NCBI GenBank assembly: GCA_023441055.1
Contig: JAEZQY010000029.1
Span: 207,328-271,327, forward strand
DNA: 64,000 nucleotides
Source: Bacillota bacterium
Lineage (GTDB): Bacteria; Bacillota; Bacilli; Paenibacillales; UBA4045
Direction of reading: 5' to 3'
Part shown: in pieces, positions 1 to 9,353 of the stretch
How the letters are laid out: each line of letters starts with the position of its first letter
Position numbering within the stretch: the first letter of the stretch is position 1
Made by a program: the position numbers and the translations under genes
Notes under the pieces: generated by a model
What the model saw: only the letters and a program-made list of their open reading frames with translations
What the model was told of the DNA's origin: nothing
Databases searched by the model: none

Positions 1-715
1 CGATTACATCGAATACTATCAATCCTTGATTACAGGCGAAGGCGCAACCTGTGAGGTGATCTTCTCCAACAATCCTAGAACGATTCTGGACTATACCCGG
101 AACGTGTTAACCTGCGATATTCATACCCGCGAGAGGACGAAGCGGATATTAACGGATAGCGGCGCGCAGATTGTGCTTGGGCTTGACGATATTCTGTCGA
201 AGCCGGTGGGCGGCAGCGGCTATAATGAAGCATACGGCCTGCTCGGCTCCAATAAAGCGACCGAGGACAGCGTGAAGCTGTTCCCGAACAACTGCCAGCC
301 CATTGTAGACCAAATCCAGGAGAAGCTTAGAGCGGCGACCGGTAAAACCGTCGAGGTGATGGTATACGGGGATGGCGCGTTCAAGGACCCGATAGGTAAA
401 ATATGGGAATTGGCGGACCCGGTCGTATCACCTGCTTACACACAGGGACTAGACGGCACGCCGAACGAGATCAAACTGAAGTACCTGGCAGATAACAACT
501 TCGCGCATCTTCGGGGCGAGGAGTTGAAGCAGGCCGTCTCAGCATTCATCCAGAACAAGAATGAAGATCTGGTAGGCGCGATGGAAGCACAAGGCACGAC
601 ACCGCGCAGACTGACGGATCTGATCGGCTCGCTGTCTGATCTGACATCAGGCAGCGGTGACAAGGGCACACCGATCGTCTACATTCAGGGATACTTCGAC
701 AATTATACCAAGTAA
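1..715 (+). CDS. CofE-like (F420-0:gamma-glutamyl ligase family) protein, C-terminal part; 5' end lies outside the window
   Basis: The frame is open from base 2 with no stop before the listed TTG at 26; stop at 713-715. The translation resembles CofE-like ligase-family proteins of Bacillota. Confidence 0.55.
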   Translation, partial: DYIEYYQSLITGEGATCEVIFSNNPRTILDYTRNVLTCDIHTRERTKRILTDSGAQIVLGLDDILSKPVGGSGYNEAYGLLGSNKATEDSVKLFPNNCQPIVDQIQEKLRAATGKTVEVMVYGDGAFKDPIGKIWELADPVVSPAYTQGLDGTPNEIKLKYLADNNFAHLRGEELKQAVSAFIQNKNEDLVGAMEAQGTTPRRLTDLIGSLSDLTSGSGDKGTPIVYIQGYFDNYTK

Positions 716-787
716 GATCTAGGGCACCTATTCAGTATAGAAGCGCGGCTGGGATAGCCATTATGAGCAACGTCGGCGGAGCGCTAG

Positions 788-1369
788 TCATTCCGGCTTG
801 AGCGACAATAGCCGCGACGCTACGAGCCTCATGTCCTCCAGCAGCAGCGGATACAGATTCGGACGGCGGCGTGCAGCGAGCGGATGATAGGTAACGGCTG
901 TCGGATAGCCGTTCACCTGCTGCCAGCTCCCTCTCAGCGACTTGACCTCAAGCTCCGGGTTACGGAAGAAGGACTGGACAGCTACATTGCCGAAGCAGAC
1001 AACCAGGGCGGGCTGCTGCTTCTGCAGCTGCTCCAGCAGATGATTCATGCAGATCGCCCGCGTCTTCGGCTTATCATAGGCCCGGATGGGCCGCCTCTTC
1101 AATATATATGTCATATACAGCTGATCACTCGCCATGCCGGCTTCATTCGCTGCTGTCTGCAGGGTCTGGCGCGTCCCGCACACGAACGGGCTGCCCTCCC
1201 GATCTTCCCGAGCGCCCGGGTTATCCAGAATAAACATGACCGGTGCCTTCGGATTGCCCTCCCCCCATACCATTCGCGACCCCTGCCGATACAATTCACA
1301 TTCCCGGCAGTCCTTATGTGCCTCCGGTGTCGGGTCCTCTGTCCAGATTTCCGGACAAAAAAAATGCAT
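788..1369 (-). CDS. uracil-DNA glycosylase, family 4
   Basis: [17 protein letters not shown] motif and overall family-4 UDG layout. SD GGAGGAG favours the ATG at 1369 over the listed GTG at 1378. Confidence 0.8.
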   Translation of the reverse strand: MHFFCPEIWTEDPTPEAHKDCRECELYRQGSRMVWGEGNPKAPVMFILDNPGAREDREGSPFVCGTRQTLQTAANEAGMASDQLYMTYILKRRPIRAYDKPKTRAICMNHLLEQLQKQQPALVVCFGNVAVQSFFRNPELEVKSLRGSWQQVNGYPTAVTYHPLAARRRPNLYPLLLEDMRLVASRLLSLKPE

Positions 1370-1448
1370 GGCAATCACACTCCTCCATGCATTAGGATAA
1401 CCAACTTTTGTTGTCTCTACTTCAGCGTACTTCAGAGTAATGTTCCCG

Positions 1449-2138
1449 CTACTCCCCTGCTAGCATCAGCCGCTCCAACTCGAGTGGCTCAATGTACACG
1501 CCATCCTTGTACGCTCTCATGTTGCCACCGGAGATCTCATCGATCAGGGCAACCTGTCCACCTTGATTCAGGCGGCCGAATTCCAATTTAATATCATACA
1601 GCTCAATGCCCTTCTTGCCCAGCTCGTTCTTGACCAACTGGCTGATCTGCTTCGTTAGCTCCTCCAGTGCATCGTATTCATCCGCAGACACGATTCCAAG
1701 CATAACTAGCGCAGACTTGCTGATCGGCGGATCCTGGCGGTCGTCATCCTTAAGCGTAACCTCCACGAACGCATCGAGCGGCTGCCCCTCCTGTGCATAC
1801 AAGCCGTAGCGACGCAAGAAGCTTCCCACTGCGCGATAGCGGCAGATCACCTCCAGCCCTTGGCCGAATACAGCAGCAGGCACGACGGTCATCGTCGCCC
1901 CGTCGATATCCGCATCGATGTAATGCGTCGGGATGTTTAATGCGTTCAATTTCTCGAAGAAAAACTTCGTCAGCCGCAATCCCGCCCGACCGGCGCCCTC
2001 CATCACTAGCCCCACCGTATTCGCGCCCGGATCGAACACCCCATTCTCGCCGGTCACATCATCCTTGAACTGGAGCAGATAATTCCCATTGTCCAGCTCA
2101 TAGACATCCTTGGTCTTGCCCGTATACACATGCTTCAT
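1449..2138 (-). CDS. purC: phosphoribosylaminoimidazole-succinocarboxamide (SAICAR) synthase
   Basis: Full-length PurC-like sequence (MKHVYTGKTKDVYE..., ...LIDEISGGNMR...). Start taken at the ATG giving MKHVY. Confidence 0.85.
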   Translation of the reverse strand: MKHVYTGKTKDVYELDNGNYLLQFKDDVTGENGVFDPGANTVGLVMEGAGRAGLRLTKFFFEKLNALNIPTHYIDADIDGATMTVVPAAVFGQGLEVICRYRAVGSFLRRYGLYAQEGQPLDAFVEVTLKDDDRQDPPISKSALVMLGIVSADEYDALEELTKQISQLVKNELGKKGIELYDIKLEFGRLNQGGQVALIDEISGGNMRAYKDGVYIEPLELERLMLAGE

Positions 2139-2379
2139 TGCGCAATCTCCTTGTTCAATCAATTTTCATCCGACCTGACATATTCCCTGCCACCGCTTCA
2201 GATTCATTGTTCTACCCACATATTATACATGATTGAAGCATGTTGGAGGAGAACCTCTATGATCATTCCTGTTGATCGCGGCGGGGAGTCGAATTGAACA
2301 CCCTTGTGGGATTGAACCGTCGCCCGATTCAGAAATTTGCGAGCTGCGGTGAGAATCGTTGCTCCTATACGTTGGTATG

Positions 2380-2694
2380 TGCTGTAACGGACCTGAGAGG
2401 CGCTATCAGCCCGAAATTTAGCCACTTAGAAATCTAGCGGACCCAGCTGCGCTTATTGGGGCGAAAACAGCACTCACAGCATCGAATTTACGCGAATAAG
2501 AGCCGTGGAGTCCGTTAGAAAATAAAGAAGGCTATTATTGGTGATTTAGCGCCTGTGGAGTCCGTTAGCTGTGCAGCCAGCGCGGACCAGCGACAATCGA
2601 GCGAGTCCGTTAGCTGTGAAGCCAGCGCAGACTTGCGACAATCGAGCGAGTCCACGTTAGCTGTGCAGCCAGCGCAGACTTGCGACAATCGAGC
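2380..2694. repeat. intergenic repeat cluster: GGWCCGYTA-type core in both orientations plus three tandem 45-47 bp units
   Basis: Tandem units at 2558-2602, 2603-2647 and 2648-2694 (gagtccgttagctgtgcagccagcgc.gac..gcgacaatcgagc). Extra ggagtccgttag at 2508. Inverted cores taacggacc (about 2386) and tagcggacc (about 2436). Confidence 0.8.
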
Positions 2695-2780
2695 TGCAAC
2701 AGCAAGTGGCGGCGCAGGGACACCCTCCCCCAGCACCGCCATATCTTCCTGCAGATTAACCCTGCAGATTAACTCACAGT

Positions 2781-5054
2781 CTAATCCTGCTGATTCAGCT
2801 TCACGATCAGCTTCTCTCCCTCGACGTCCAGGTTCGGCAGCAGGCGGTCAAGCCACTTCGGCAGCCACCAGGCCTTGCGGTCGAATATCGCCATAACCGC
2901 CGGCACCAAGGTCATGCGCACCAGGAAGGCGTCGATGAATATGCCGACCGTCAGCGCGAAGCCGATTTGCTTAATGATGATATCATCGGTGAAGATAAAC
3001 CCGGCGAACACAGATACCATAATCACTGCAGCGGCAAGCACAACACGACTGGCTTGATTGTATCCAAGCACGATCGACTCGGCCCCCCGATGGCCATGCA
3101 CGTAGGATTCGCGCATGGAACTGACCAGGAACACCTGATAGTCCATCGCTAATCCATAGAGAATCCCCGTAACGATGATCGGCATGAAGCTCAGCAGCGG
3201 TCCAGCCGTATCGAAGCCGAATACCGCGTGCAGCCAGCCCCACTGGAACACCGCTGTCGTACAGCCATACGTGGCCAATATGCTGAGCAGGAAGCCCACG
3301 GTCGCCTTGACCGGCACGACAACTGAACGGAATACCAGCATCAATATAAGTAAGGATAGAATCACAATAATGCCGATATAGATCGGGAATACATCGGCCA
3401 GCTTAGCCGACATATCGATATTGACTGCTGTAAAGCCTGTCACACCAAGCTGAATACCAGCAGTCTGCAGGAATTCGGAATCCAGATTGCGCAACTTCGT
3501 GACAAGCTCCTTGGTCTCCGTGTCCGTCGGACCCGTCTCAGGGGTCAGGCTGAATATCGCCAGACTGCCGGTCTCGTTCACCCCAAGCGGTGATACCTGC
3601 GCGACATTGTCCTGACTCTGTAGCTCCATAATCAGGCCGATCATCTGTTCAGGCGTGAACACGGATCCGGCATGCTGCTGCTCGGCAATCAGGACGAGCG
3701 GACCGTTCATGCCTTCGCCGAATGCCTCCGCAATGGCGTCATAGCTCTGTCTGGCCGCAGTATCCAGGTTCGCTGTAGCCGCCCCTGGAATGCCCATATC
3801 CATCTTCGCTGTGGGCAAGGACGCTGCCCCGAGCACAATAATGGTCCCGATGATGACGAGCCAGCGATGCTTCACGACGCCTCGAATCCACTTATCAGAG
3901 AATCCGCTCGCGGTACCCTTGCTCGATCGCTCTTGATTGCGCCGACGAGCCTTCTGCGAACAGATGCGTTCGCCGACCAGACCGAGCATGGCCGGCAATA
4001 GCGTCAAGGCTAGCAGCACATTGATGAACACCGTTGTTGCAGCTACCACTGCCATAGTCGATAGGAACGAGATATCGATGACCAGCATGCCGCATAGCGC
4101 GATAATGACCGTCAATCCCGCGAAGAACACGGCGCTTCCCGCTGTACCAACTGCTCTGCTCGCAGCCTCTTGCGCGCTTAGTTCCTGATCGAAGATCAGA
4201 CGGCGCTGCCGATTGACAATGAATAACGCATAGTCTATGCCTACCGCGAGGCCCACCATCAGGCCCAGGATGGCGGAGACGCTCGTCATCTCAATGAAGC
4301 GCGAGAGCGAGAAGGCACCGCCAACACCGATGCCCACTCCCAGCAGCGCGATCAGCAGCGGAAGACCGGCTGCTATAACAGAGCCTAACGCCAGCAGCAG
4401 GACAATGGCCGCGACAATTACGCCAATAATCTCTCCGTAGCCAAGCCCAATCTCGAATGGCAGCAGGGACTCGCTCGGCAATACGATCACGCCGGGCTGA
4501 CGCTCCACCGCTCGGGCCGCTTCGATAATGGCGTCCTTAACATCCTGCGGAACCAAACTGACTTCTTCCGTGAATTGAAATTGGAATAAGGCAATACTGC
4601 CATCCGCCGAGAGCAGCACCCCCGGCAGCGGATACCCATCCATCACCATATAGCCATACAGCGGTATCTGATAGCCGGGCACCTGCTGCGTCAGCATACT
4701 CAGCTCCTGAACACCCGCAGCATAGGTTGCCGGATTGACCACTTCTTCGAACTGATACACCTCGTTAATCGCCTGACCGATCGCAGCCATACGCTCGATC
4801 GTGTCCATTCGGTCATCTGTCGTGCTCTTGAACACGATGCTGCCCTGTCCGCCAGCAGCCAGCGGAAGCTCCTGGGCTAATTGATCCAGTATCCGCTGAG
4901 ATTCCGTGCCTTCAATAGACATCTCCTGACCGACATGGATGCCATTAGCCGCGATTAACGATATAACGATCGCTAATAGCAAGAGCCAGCTAGTTACGAA
5001 GTACCACGGCTTGCGGTAAGCGGTCTTGCCTATCCGGTATAAGAATGTAGACAT
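2781..5054 (-). CDS. MMPL/RND-superfamily membrane transporter
   Basis: 757 aa with two 6-TM bundles separated by soluble loops. Typical MMPL N-terminus (MSTFLYRIGKTAYRKPWYFV...). TetR gene immediately upstream. Confidence 0.85.
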   Translation of the reverse strand: MSTFLYRIGKTAYRKPWYFVTSWLLLLAIVISLIAANGIHVGQEMSIEGTESQRILDQLAQELPLAAGGQGSIVFKSTTDDRMDTIERMAAIGQAINEVYQFEEVVNPATYAAGVQELSMLTQQVPGYQIPLYGYMVMDGYPLPGVLLSADGSIALFQFQFTEEVSLVPQDVKDAIIEAARAVERQPGVIVLPSESLLPFEIGLGYGEIIGVIVAAIVLLLALGSVIAAGLPLLIALLGVGIGVGGAFSLSRFIEMTSVSAILGLMVGLAVGIDYALFIVNRQRRLIFDQELSAQEAASRAVGTAGSAVFFAGLTVIIALCGMLVIDISFLSTMAVVAATTVFINVLLALTLLPAMLGLVGERICSQKARRRNQERSSKGTASGFSDKWIRGVVKHRWLVIIGTIIVLGAASLPTAKMDMGIPGAATANLDTAARQSYDAIAEAFGEGMNGPLVLIAEQQHAGSVFTPEQMIGLIMELQSQDNVAQVSPLGVNETGSLAIFSLTPETGPTDTETKELVTKLRNLDSEFLQTAGIQLGVTGFTAVNIDMSAKLADVFPIYIGIIVILSLLILMLVFRSVVVPVKATVGFLLSILATYGCTTAVFQWGWLHAVFGFDTAGPLLSFMPIIVTGILYGLAMDYQVFLVSSMRESYVHGHRGAESIVLGYNQASRVVLAAAVIMVSVFAGFIFTDDIIIKQIGFALTVGIFIDAFLVRMTLVPAVMAIFDRKAWWLPKWLDRLLPNLDVEGEKLIVKLNQQD

Positions 5055-5247
5055 GCTATAAACGATTCCCTTCTATTCCTAGAGTCTAAATCAATTTCAT
5101 AACTACGCAAAACCTCTTAGCAGAGACTATATGCGACAACCGAGCTATGCGATTAGCTAACGGTTGCGCTGTATTGACAGAGTGGATCGTTCAGATCAAT
5201 ATATAGTTCCCATTCTAGCTGCTTAGGCATTTATGAAATTGATTCAT

Positions 5248-5856
5248 CTAATGATTGAATCCATTGCGTAGATACTCATAAATCTTATCCAGGTACTGTT
5301 GGAATGAGGTGTCTGATGACGCTTCATCAGGAAGCAGCACTTGCACGCTGCCGTTCAACACAGGCAATATAGCGCCATACACCGCTCCAACAAGCAGATG
5401 AATATAAGCCTCATCATGCTTCCCATCCGAAATCGCCATAAGCGTGTTATGCGCATCAATTTGAATGTGATGCATCTTGTTGAGGAAGAACGGGTGAAGA
5501 GACGGATGCTGAGCGCATAGCTGCATGAGCTGACTTAGCTTCCTAAGAAACGCCATAGTCATCTGCATGTGGATCAATTGGAACAGAACATCCAGCATCG
5601 GTGTTTCCTCATTCAGATTAGCGAGCCAATTCTCGATCTCGATCGTATCGTCAGATATCGAGGCTCCTGCAACGACTGCTTCCTCCTTACAGGAGAAATG
5701 ATTGGCGAACGTTCTTCTGGAATAGCCTGCTCGAGACACGACATCTTCGACTACGAATCCATCGAATCCCGCTTCCAACGCAAGCTCGAATGCAGCGTCG
5801 GCGAGTGCCTTAACCGTTGCCTCTCTCTTCATAAGCCGCAAGTTAGGTTTCTTCAT
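5248..5856 (-). CDS. TetR/AcrR family transcriptional regulator
   Basis: N-terminal TetR HTH (...FVVEDVVSRAGYSRRTFANHFSCKEE...). SD AAGGAG upstream of the ATG at 5856 (GTG at 5868 also possible). The listed ORF start at 6069 overlaps the upstream gene and is not credible. Confidence 0.8.
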   Translation of the reverse strand: MKKPNLRLMKREATVKALADAAFELALEAGFDGFVVEDVVSRAGYSRRTFANHFSCKEEAVVAGASISDDTIEIENWLANLNEETPMLDVLFQLIHMQMTMAFLRKLSQLMQLCAQHPSLHPFFLNKMHHIQIDAHNTLMAISDGKHDEAYIHLLVGAVYGAILPVLNGSVQVLLPDEASSDTSFQQYLDKIYEYLRNGFNH

Positions 5857-5925
5857 GGATGGTTTCACACCTACTCCTTCCCGATTTATATGTTGGGTAT
5901 AATCGTCCCTATTCAGCTTACAATA

Positions 5926-5963
5926 ACATTGCCCAAAGTGCAATCTTGCACTTTGGGCAATGT
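5926..5963 (-). terminator. perfect 18+18 bp palindrome: likely terminator of the AraC/GyrI gene and possible TetR operator
   Basis: acattgcccaaagtgcaa-tc-ttgcactttgggcaatgt lies 6 nt after the stop at 5969-5971, is followed on the minus strand by TTATTGT, and sits just upstream of the tetR promoter region. Confidence 0.6.
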
Positions 5964-5968
5964 TTGTC

Positions 5969-6841
5969 CTATTTTGTTCTGACAGGTATCCAGATCTCGC
6001 TTCTGAATGTCGGTGAACCGTAATCCGTATTCGCATTCCATAGCATCTCAGGGCCGGGGGCCAGCTCATAGTTCGCAGATGGGAACCATTCGGAATAGAT
6101 ACGTCCCCATACCTGCTGCAGCGTCTCCGGGAATGGGCCCACCGCTTCGAAGACTGCCCATGTCGCCGCCTCTACCTCCAGCTTGCTCCATCGCTCAGGA
6201 CAGTCCTGATTCGTAGCGACGCCCACATAATGATCGAGCTCGCCCTGCTCTTCCATTCGCCCCTCAGAGAAATTGACCGAAGCCTGCAGCATCCCCTTGG
6301 GCTCTACATTCGAGAGTGATTTCAGCTCGTCGATATCCTCGCTGGTTAAGCTCTTCCACATGGAGACAATCTCGTTATTGACACCTTCAAATTGAATAGG
6401 CACTCTCTTCTTCAGCCCGACTATGCGGAATGCGGCTTTCTCCTCCATACGATAATGCATGGCACTTCCTCCTTTAATCGTTAACTGGAAGGTCATAGGC
6501 GGATAAGCGATCAGCGGCCGACCATGTGCCTTCACCGCAGAGGGCGCAATGCCGTGTATGTGTTGGAAAGCTCTAGTGAAAGCGTCCGCTGAGCTATAGC
6601 CGTATTTGACCGCGACATCCAAGATTCTTAAATCACTGGTCTGCAGCTCGAATGCAGCTAACGTGAGGCGTCTACGTCGAATGTATTCCGATAAAGTGAT
6701 GCCCGCCAGATAGGAGAACATTCGGGTGAAGTGGTACTCGGAGCAATAGGCCAGCTTAGCCGCTTCCCTCAGATCAATCTCATCAGCCAGATGCTCCTCC
6801 ACGTAGTGTAAGGCCCTGTTCCAATTCGCCAGCCAATCCAT
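5969..6841 (-). CDS. AraC-family regulator with GyrI-like small-molecule-binding domain
   Basis: N-terminal AraC double HTH (...[27 protein letters not shown]...[22 protein letters not shown]...) followed by a GyrI/Rob-like C-terminal half. Confidence 0.8.
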   Translation of the reverse strand: MDWLANWNRALHYVEEHLADEIDLREAAKLAYCSEYHFTRMFSYLAGITLSEYIRRRRLTLAAFELQTSDLRILDVAVKYGYSSADAFTRAFQHIHGIAPSAVKAHGRPLIAYPPMTFQLTIKGGSAMHYRMEEKAAFRIVGLKKRVPIQFEGVNNEIVSMWKSLTSEDIDELKSLSNVEPKGMLQASVNFSEGRMEEQGELDHYVGVATNQDCPERWSKLEVEAATWAVFEAVGPFPETLQQVWGRIYSEWFPSANYELAPGPEMLWNANTDYGSPTFRSEIWIPVRTK

Positions 6842-6923
6842 ACGTCTGACCTCCCTTCCAAGGTAAGCTTATCAAGTTCCGAAAGCCGAAGTCCGACATC
6901 TGATGCACGGTTGTGCAGGGTGG

Positions 6924-7169
6924 TCAGTTGTCGGGAGCTCGCTCGCTGCCGCTCCCATCGTCCCGCTCCTCTCGATACTCGAGAATATCTCCCGGCTGGC
7001 ATTCCAGCGCTCGGCAGATCGCCTCTAATGTCGACAAGCGGATCGCCTTGGCCTTGCCATTCTTCAGGATGGAGAGATTCGCCATGGTGATTCCAACTCG
7101 CTCTGTCAGCTCGGTTACACTCATCTTCCTTCTAGCCAGCATCACATCTATATGAATGATAATCGCCAT
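6924..7169 (-). CDS. YozG-like XRE-family HTH regulator
   Basis: MAIIIHIDVMLARRKMSVTELTERVGITMANLSILKNGKAKAIRLSTLEAICRALECQPGDILEY. SD GAGGTG 7 nt upstream of the ATG at 7169. Classic pairing with a DUF2975 gene. Confidence 0.8.
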   Translation of the reverse strand: MAIIIHIDVMLARRKMSVTELTERVGITMANLSILKNGKAKAIRLSTLEAICRALECQPGDILEYREERDDGSGSERAPDN

Positions 7170-7179
7170 AGGATTCACC

Positions 7180-7662
7180 TCACACCGTTAAGTCATTCTC
7201 AGATTTAATCGCAATCGCTTCCTCTAGAAGCTTCTCAAGCACAGCCGCGAATACAGCAACGACCACAGCCGCGAAGATCAGCACCATGCCAATCAGGATG
7301 AAGCCCGGAGCGTCATCCCGCTCAGCCACGAGATAGAAGAGCGGCAAGCCGACCGCCAGCAAGCCGCTGATGCCAGCCGCGCAATACTTAATCATCTTCA
7401 GCGCGCGTACCGACAATCCTGAGAACGCCTGATTGCGATCAATATAACCCAAGAGCTTGAATGCCTGATACAGCGCAAAATAGAACAGAATCGCCGCCGG
7501 ATACAAGTCGATATAGAACAGCACCTCGATCCAGGATTGATCGGGATATAACGATGCTGCGAAGCCAGCTAGCTTCGGAACGACAAATAGACAAATCGCA
7601 AGAACTGGAATGCCGATTAGAATGACAGCCGCCCTCAAGAACAGGGTTGTCCCTCTTTTCAT
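7180..7662 (-). CDS. DUF2975-family membrane protein
   Basis: Four predicted TM helices and genomic pairing with the YozG-like regulator. SD GAGG upstream of the ATG at 7662. Confidence 0.65.
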   Translation of the reverse strand: MKRGTTLFLRAAVILIGIPVLAICLFVVPKLAGFAASLYPDQSWIEVLFYIDLYPAAILFYFALYQAFKLLGYIDRNQAFSGLSVRALKMIKYCAAGISGLLAVGLPLFYLVAERDDAPGFILIGMVLIFAAVVVAVFAAVLEKLLEEAIAIKSENDLTV

Positions 7663-7718
7663 CTTTACCGCCTCACTTGTCAATGAATTTAAAATGACTT
7701 TATCACATCGTTTATTGT

Positions 7719-7747
7719 TTTACAATAAATAAGTATTATTTTATGAT
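7719..7747 (+). promoter_or_regulatory. candidate sigma-A promoter (TTTACA-N17-TATGAT)
   Basis: Hexamers read directly in the AT-rich divergent intergenic region upstream of 7853. Confidence 0.3.
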
Positions 7748-7852
7748 AAAAATATGTTGTATTACATGACTACGCGATCGTATGAGCTGCTCGTATTAAT
7801 CCGCCTTGCCGGTGAAATACTAGTGGGATAACGGGATGGAAAGGTGAGTGCC

Positions 7853-8356
7853 ATGACAACCATGACGAATACTGCGACGAATAACCAAGAGGCCATTGCG
7901 AAGGTTCGCGAGCTGATTAAGAATATCGACACCGCGATGCTGACTACAGTCTCGGAGGAAGGCCTGGTTTCTCGTCCTATGAAAACCCAAGAGGTGGAGT
8001 TTGATGGCGATCTCTGGTTCTTAACGAAGAAGGATACGGGGAAATTCCATGAGCTGCTGCGAAATCGGCAGGTCAACGTTGCGTATGCAGGAAAGTCCTT
8101 CGTCTCCATTCGTGGTGAAGCTGAGCTGGTGGAGGATGTAGATAAGGTGAAATCGTTCTGGAATGCCGCCTATGAGGAATTGCTGGAGACGACCTATGAT
8201 GATCCCAATCTGGTGCTGATCAAGGTCAACCCTGAAACCGCCGAATATTGGGATGCCGGTAACAAGTTTAAGATGGTCAAATTCTTATTCAATCGAATGC
8301 TGGGCAAAGACACAGAAGGCTCGCCTATGAATCAGATCCTTACTTTCTCTGAATGA
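7853..8356 (+). CDS. pyridoxamine 5'-phosphate oxidase-family / general stress protein 26-like
   Basis: ...AMLTTVSEEGLVSRPMKTQEVEFDGDLWFLTKKDTGKFHELLRNRQVNVAY... matches the typical GSP26/PNPOx split-barrel pattern. ATG at 7853 follows an AGGTG SD. Confidence 0.7.
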   Translation: MTTMTNTATNNQEAIAKVRELIKNIDTAMLTTVSEEGLVSRPMKTQEVEFDGDLWFLTKKDTGKFHELLRNRQVNVAYAGKSFVSIRGEAELVEDVDKVKSFWNAAYEELLETTYDDPNLVLIKVNPETAEYWDAGNKFKMVKFLFNRMLGKDTEGSPMNQILTFSE

Positions 8357-8518
8357 AGGAGATGATCGCTTAGGAGTATCCTCAGCATCGCTGTATGAAT
8401 ATGGATATTTCCAGATCATGCAGATAGAACGTTCCCCGATTCACTTGGGCCGTCCGCGTTCTGCTTATGTAGCAAGTCCAATTGATGCTCGGTCATAGCC
8501 GGTATCTCTTAATGCTTT

Positions 8519-9082
8519 TTAGATAAAGTGCGCGACATCCGCCCGCGGAATCGACCTTGATTTCTCTGGTACGCCTGCGGCGGATTCTCTGTACGTTCCT
8601 GCAGCGGGCTGATTGGTCAGACCTAACGGTCTAACAATGGTGTAGTTCAGATCATATGCTAGAATATGATCGACAGCGGCTCGATGATCCATGAGCGGAT
8701 TCTTAAGCAATCTCATGATGAGCTTCCCGCTTAGGCCTGGCAGCTCTCGGTCGATGCCCGCAGATGCCGTATAGACAATGCGCTTCACATGATGCTGCAG
8801 CATACCCGCGACGATACAAGCGGTCATCTGCTGCAGCTCTGTGGATTTCTTCATTCCTTGACTAGAGCCCAGACAGGACACGACGGCATCATGCCCTGCA
8901 ATCGCTGCGGACACGTCGTCCTGGTTGAGGGCATCCCCTGTTACAATTGTAAGATGCTCATGTGTGACTTGCAGCTTCGCTGGTGTCCGTACGAACGCAG
9001 TTACTTCATAGCCCTCCTGCAGCGCCTGCCTCACAACCGCTTGACCTACACCGCCCGTTGCGCCAAAAATAATGATTCTCAT
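8519..9082 (-). CDS. NAD(P)H-binding (atypical SDR, YwnB/flavin-reductase-like) protein, apparently shortened by an in-frame TAA
   Basis: MRIIIFGATGGVGQAVV Rossmann N-terminus. After ...ADVAHFI-TAA the same frame continues KALRDTGYDRASIGLAT-TAA, which looks like the normal C-terminus of the family. Confidence 0.7.
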   Translation of the reverse strand: MRIIIFGATGGVGQAVVRQALQEGYEVTAFVRTPAKLQVTHEHLTIVTGDALNQDDVSAAIAGHDAVVSCLGSSQGMKKSTELQQMTACIVAGMLQHHVKRIVYTASAGIDRELPGLSGKLIMRLLKNPLMDHRAAVDHILAYDLNYTIVRPLGLTNQPAAGTYRESAAGVPEKSRSIPRADVAHFI

Positions 9083-9292
9083 CGTTATCCACCTTTCACT
9101 AGTGAGCCCTAATCGTTACCGCTTCTCCTCTCATTTAAACATAATTGATACAGGATGCCAATCCAGATAAACGGCTCTGCCGTCCTCCAAGTTTGCGTAG
9201 CAAACTACTTCGTAAGCAAGGGCGTTTCCGTTTAGCGTCGATATATAAGCAGCTTTAAGTTGAAAACCTATTAAGTCTTATATATTCATAAA

Positions 9293-9336
9293 GAAGCCGA
9301 GTACACCAGGACGGCTCCTGCTCGTTACTCGGCTTC
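9293..9336 (-). terminator. hairpin terminator downstream of 9354-10010
   Basis: 11-bp stem gaagccgagta/tactcggcttc, followed on the minus strand by TTTATGAATAT. Confidence 0.55.
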
Positions 9337-9353
9337 ATGTAGGGTAAGTCAGC

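Noticed and set aside
884-1591. 235-aa plus-strand ORF, together with nested ORFs at 1111-1374 and 1134-1400, overlapping the UDG gene
   Set aside because: They lie antisense to a gene with clear family-4 UDG motifs. The translations are Arg/Pro/Leu/Cys-rich with no recognisable fold, and there is no RBS.
2163-2260. Possible purine or ZTP riboswitch in the purC leader
   Set aside because: Reading the minus strand, I could not find the conserved purine-riboswitch junction (UAUAAU...GGAUAUGG...CUACC...GACUAUG) or the ZTP pfl motifs. Only a TATAAT-like hexamer is present.
2285-2335. tRNA-like T-loop strings (GGTTCAATCCC and GTTCAATTCGACTCCCC on the minus strand)
   Set aside because: The flanking bases do not form T-stems, and no acceptor or anticodon arms could be drawn. 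Not a tRNA, though it could be a very decayed relic.
2558-2694. Tandem 45-47-bp repeats considered as a CRISPR array
   Set aside because: The units are directly adjacent with no unique spacers between them, and there are no cas genes in the window.
5174-5202. Plus-strand TTGACA-N17-CAATAT promoter-like hexamers pointing antisense into tetR
   Set aside because: The -10 is weak and there is no downstream plus-strand gene. Probably fortuitous.
5857-6069. 5' extension of the TetR ORF to 6069
   Set aside because: It overlaps the 3' end of the AraC/GyrI gene and the 18-bp palindrome. TetR homology and an SD begin only at 5856-5868.
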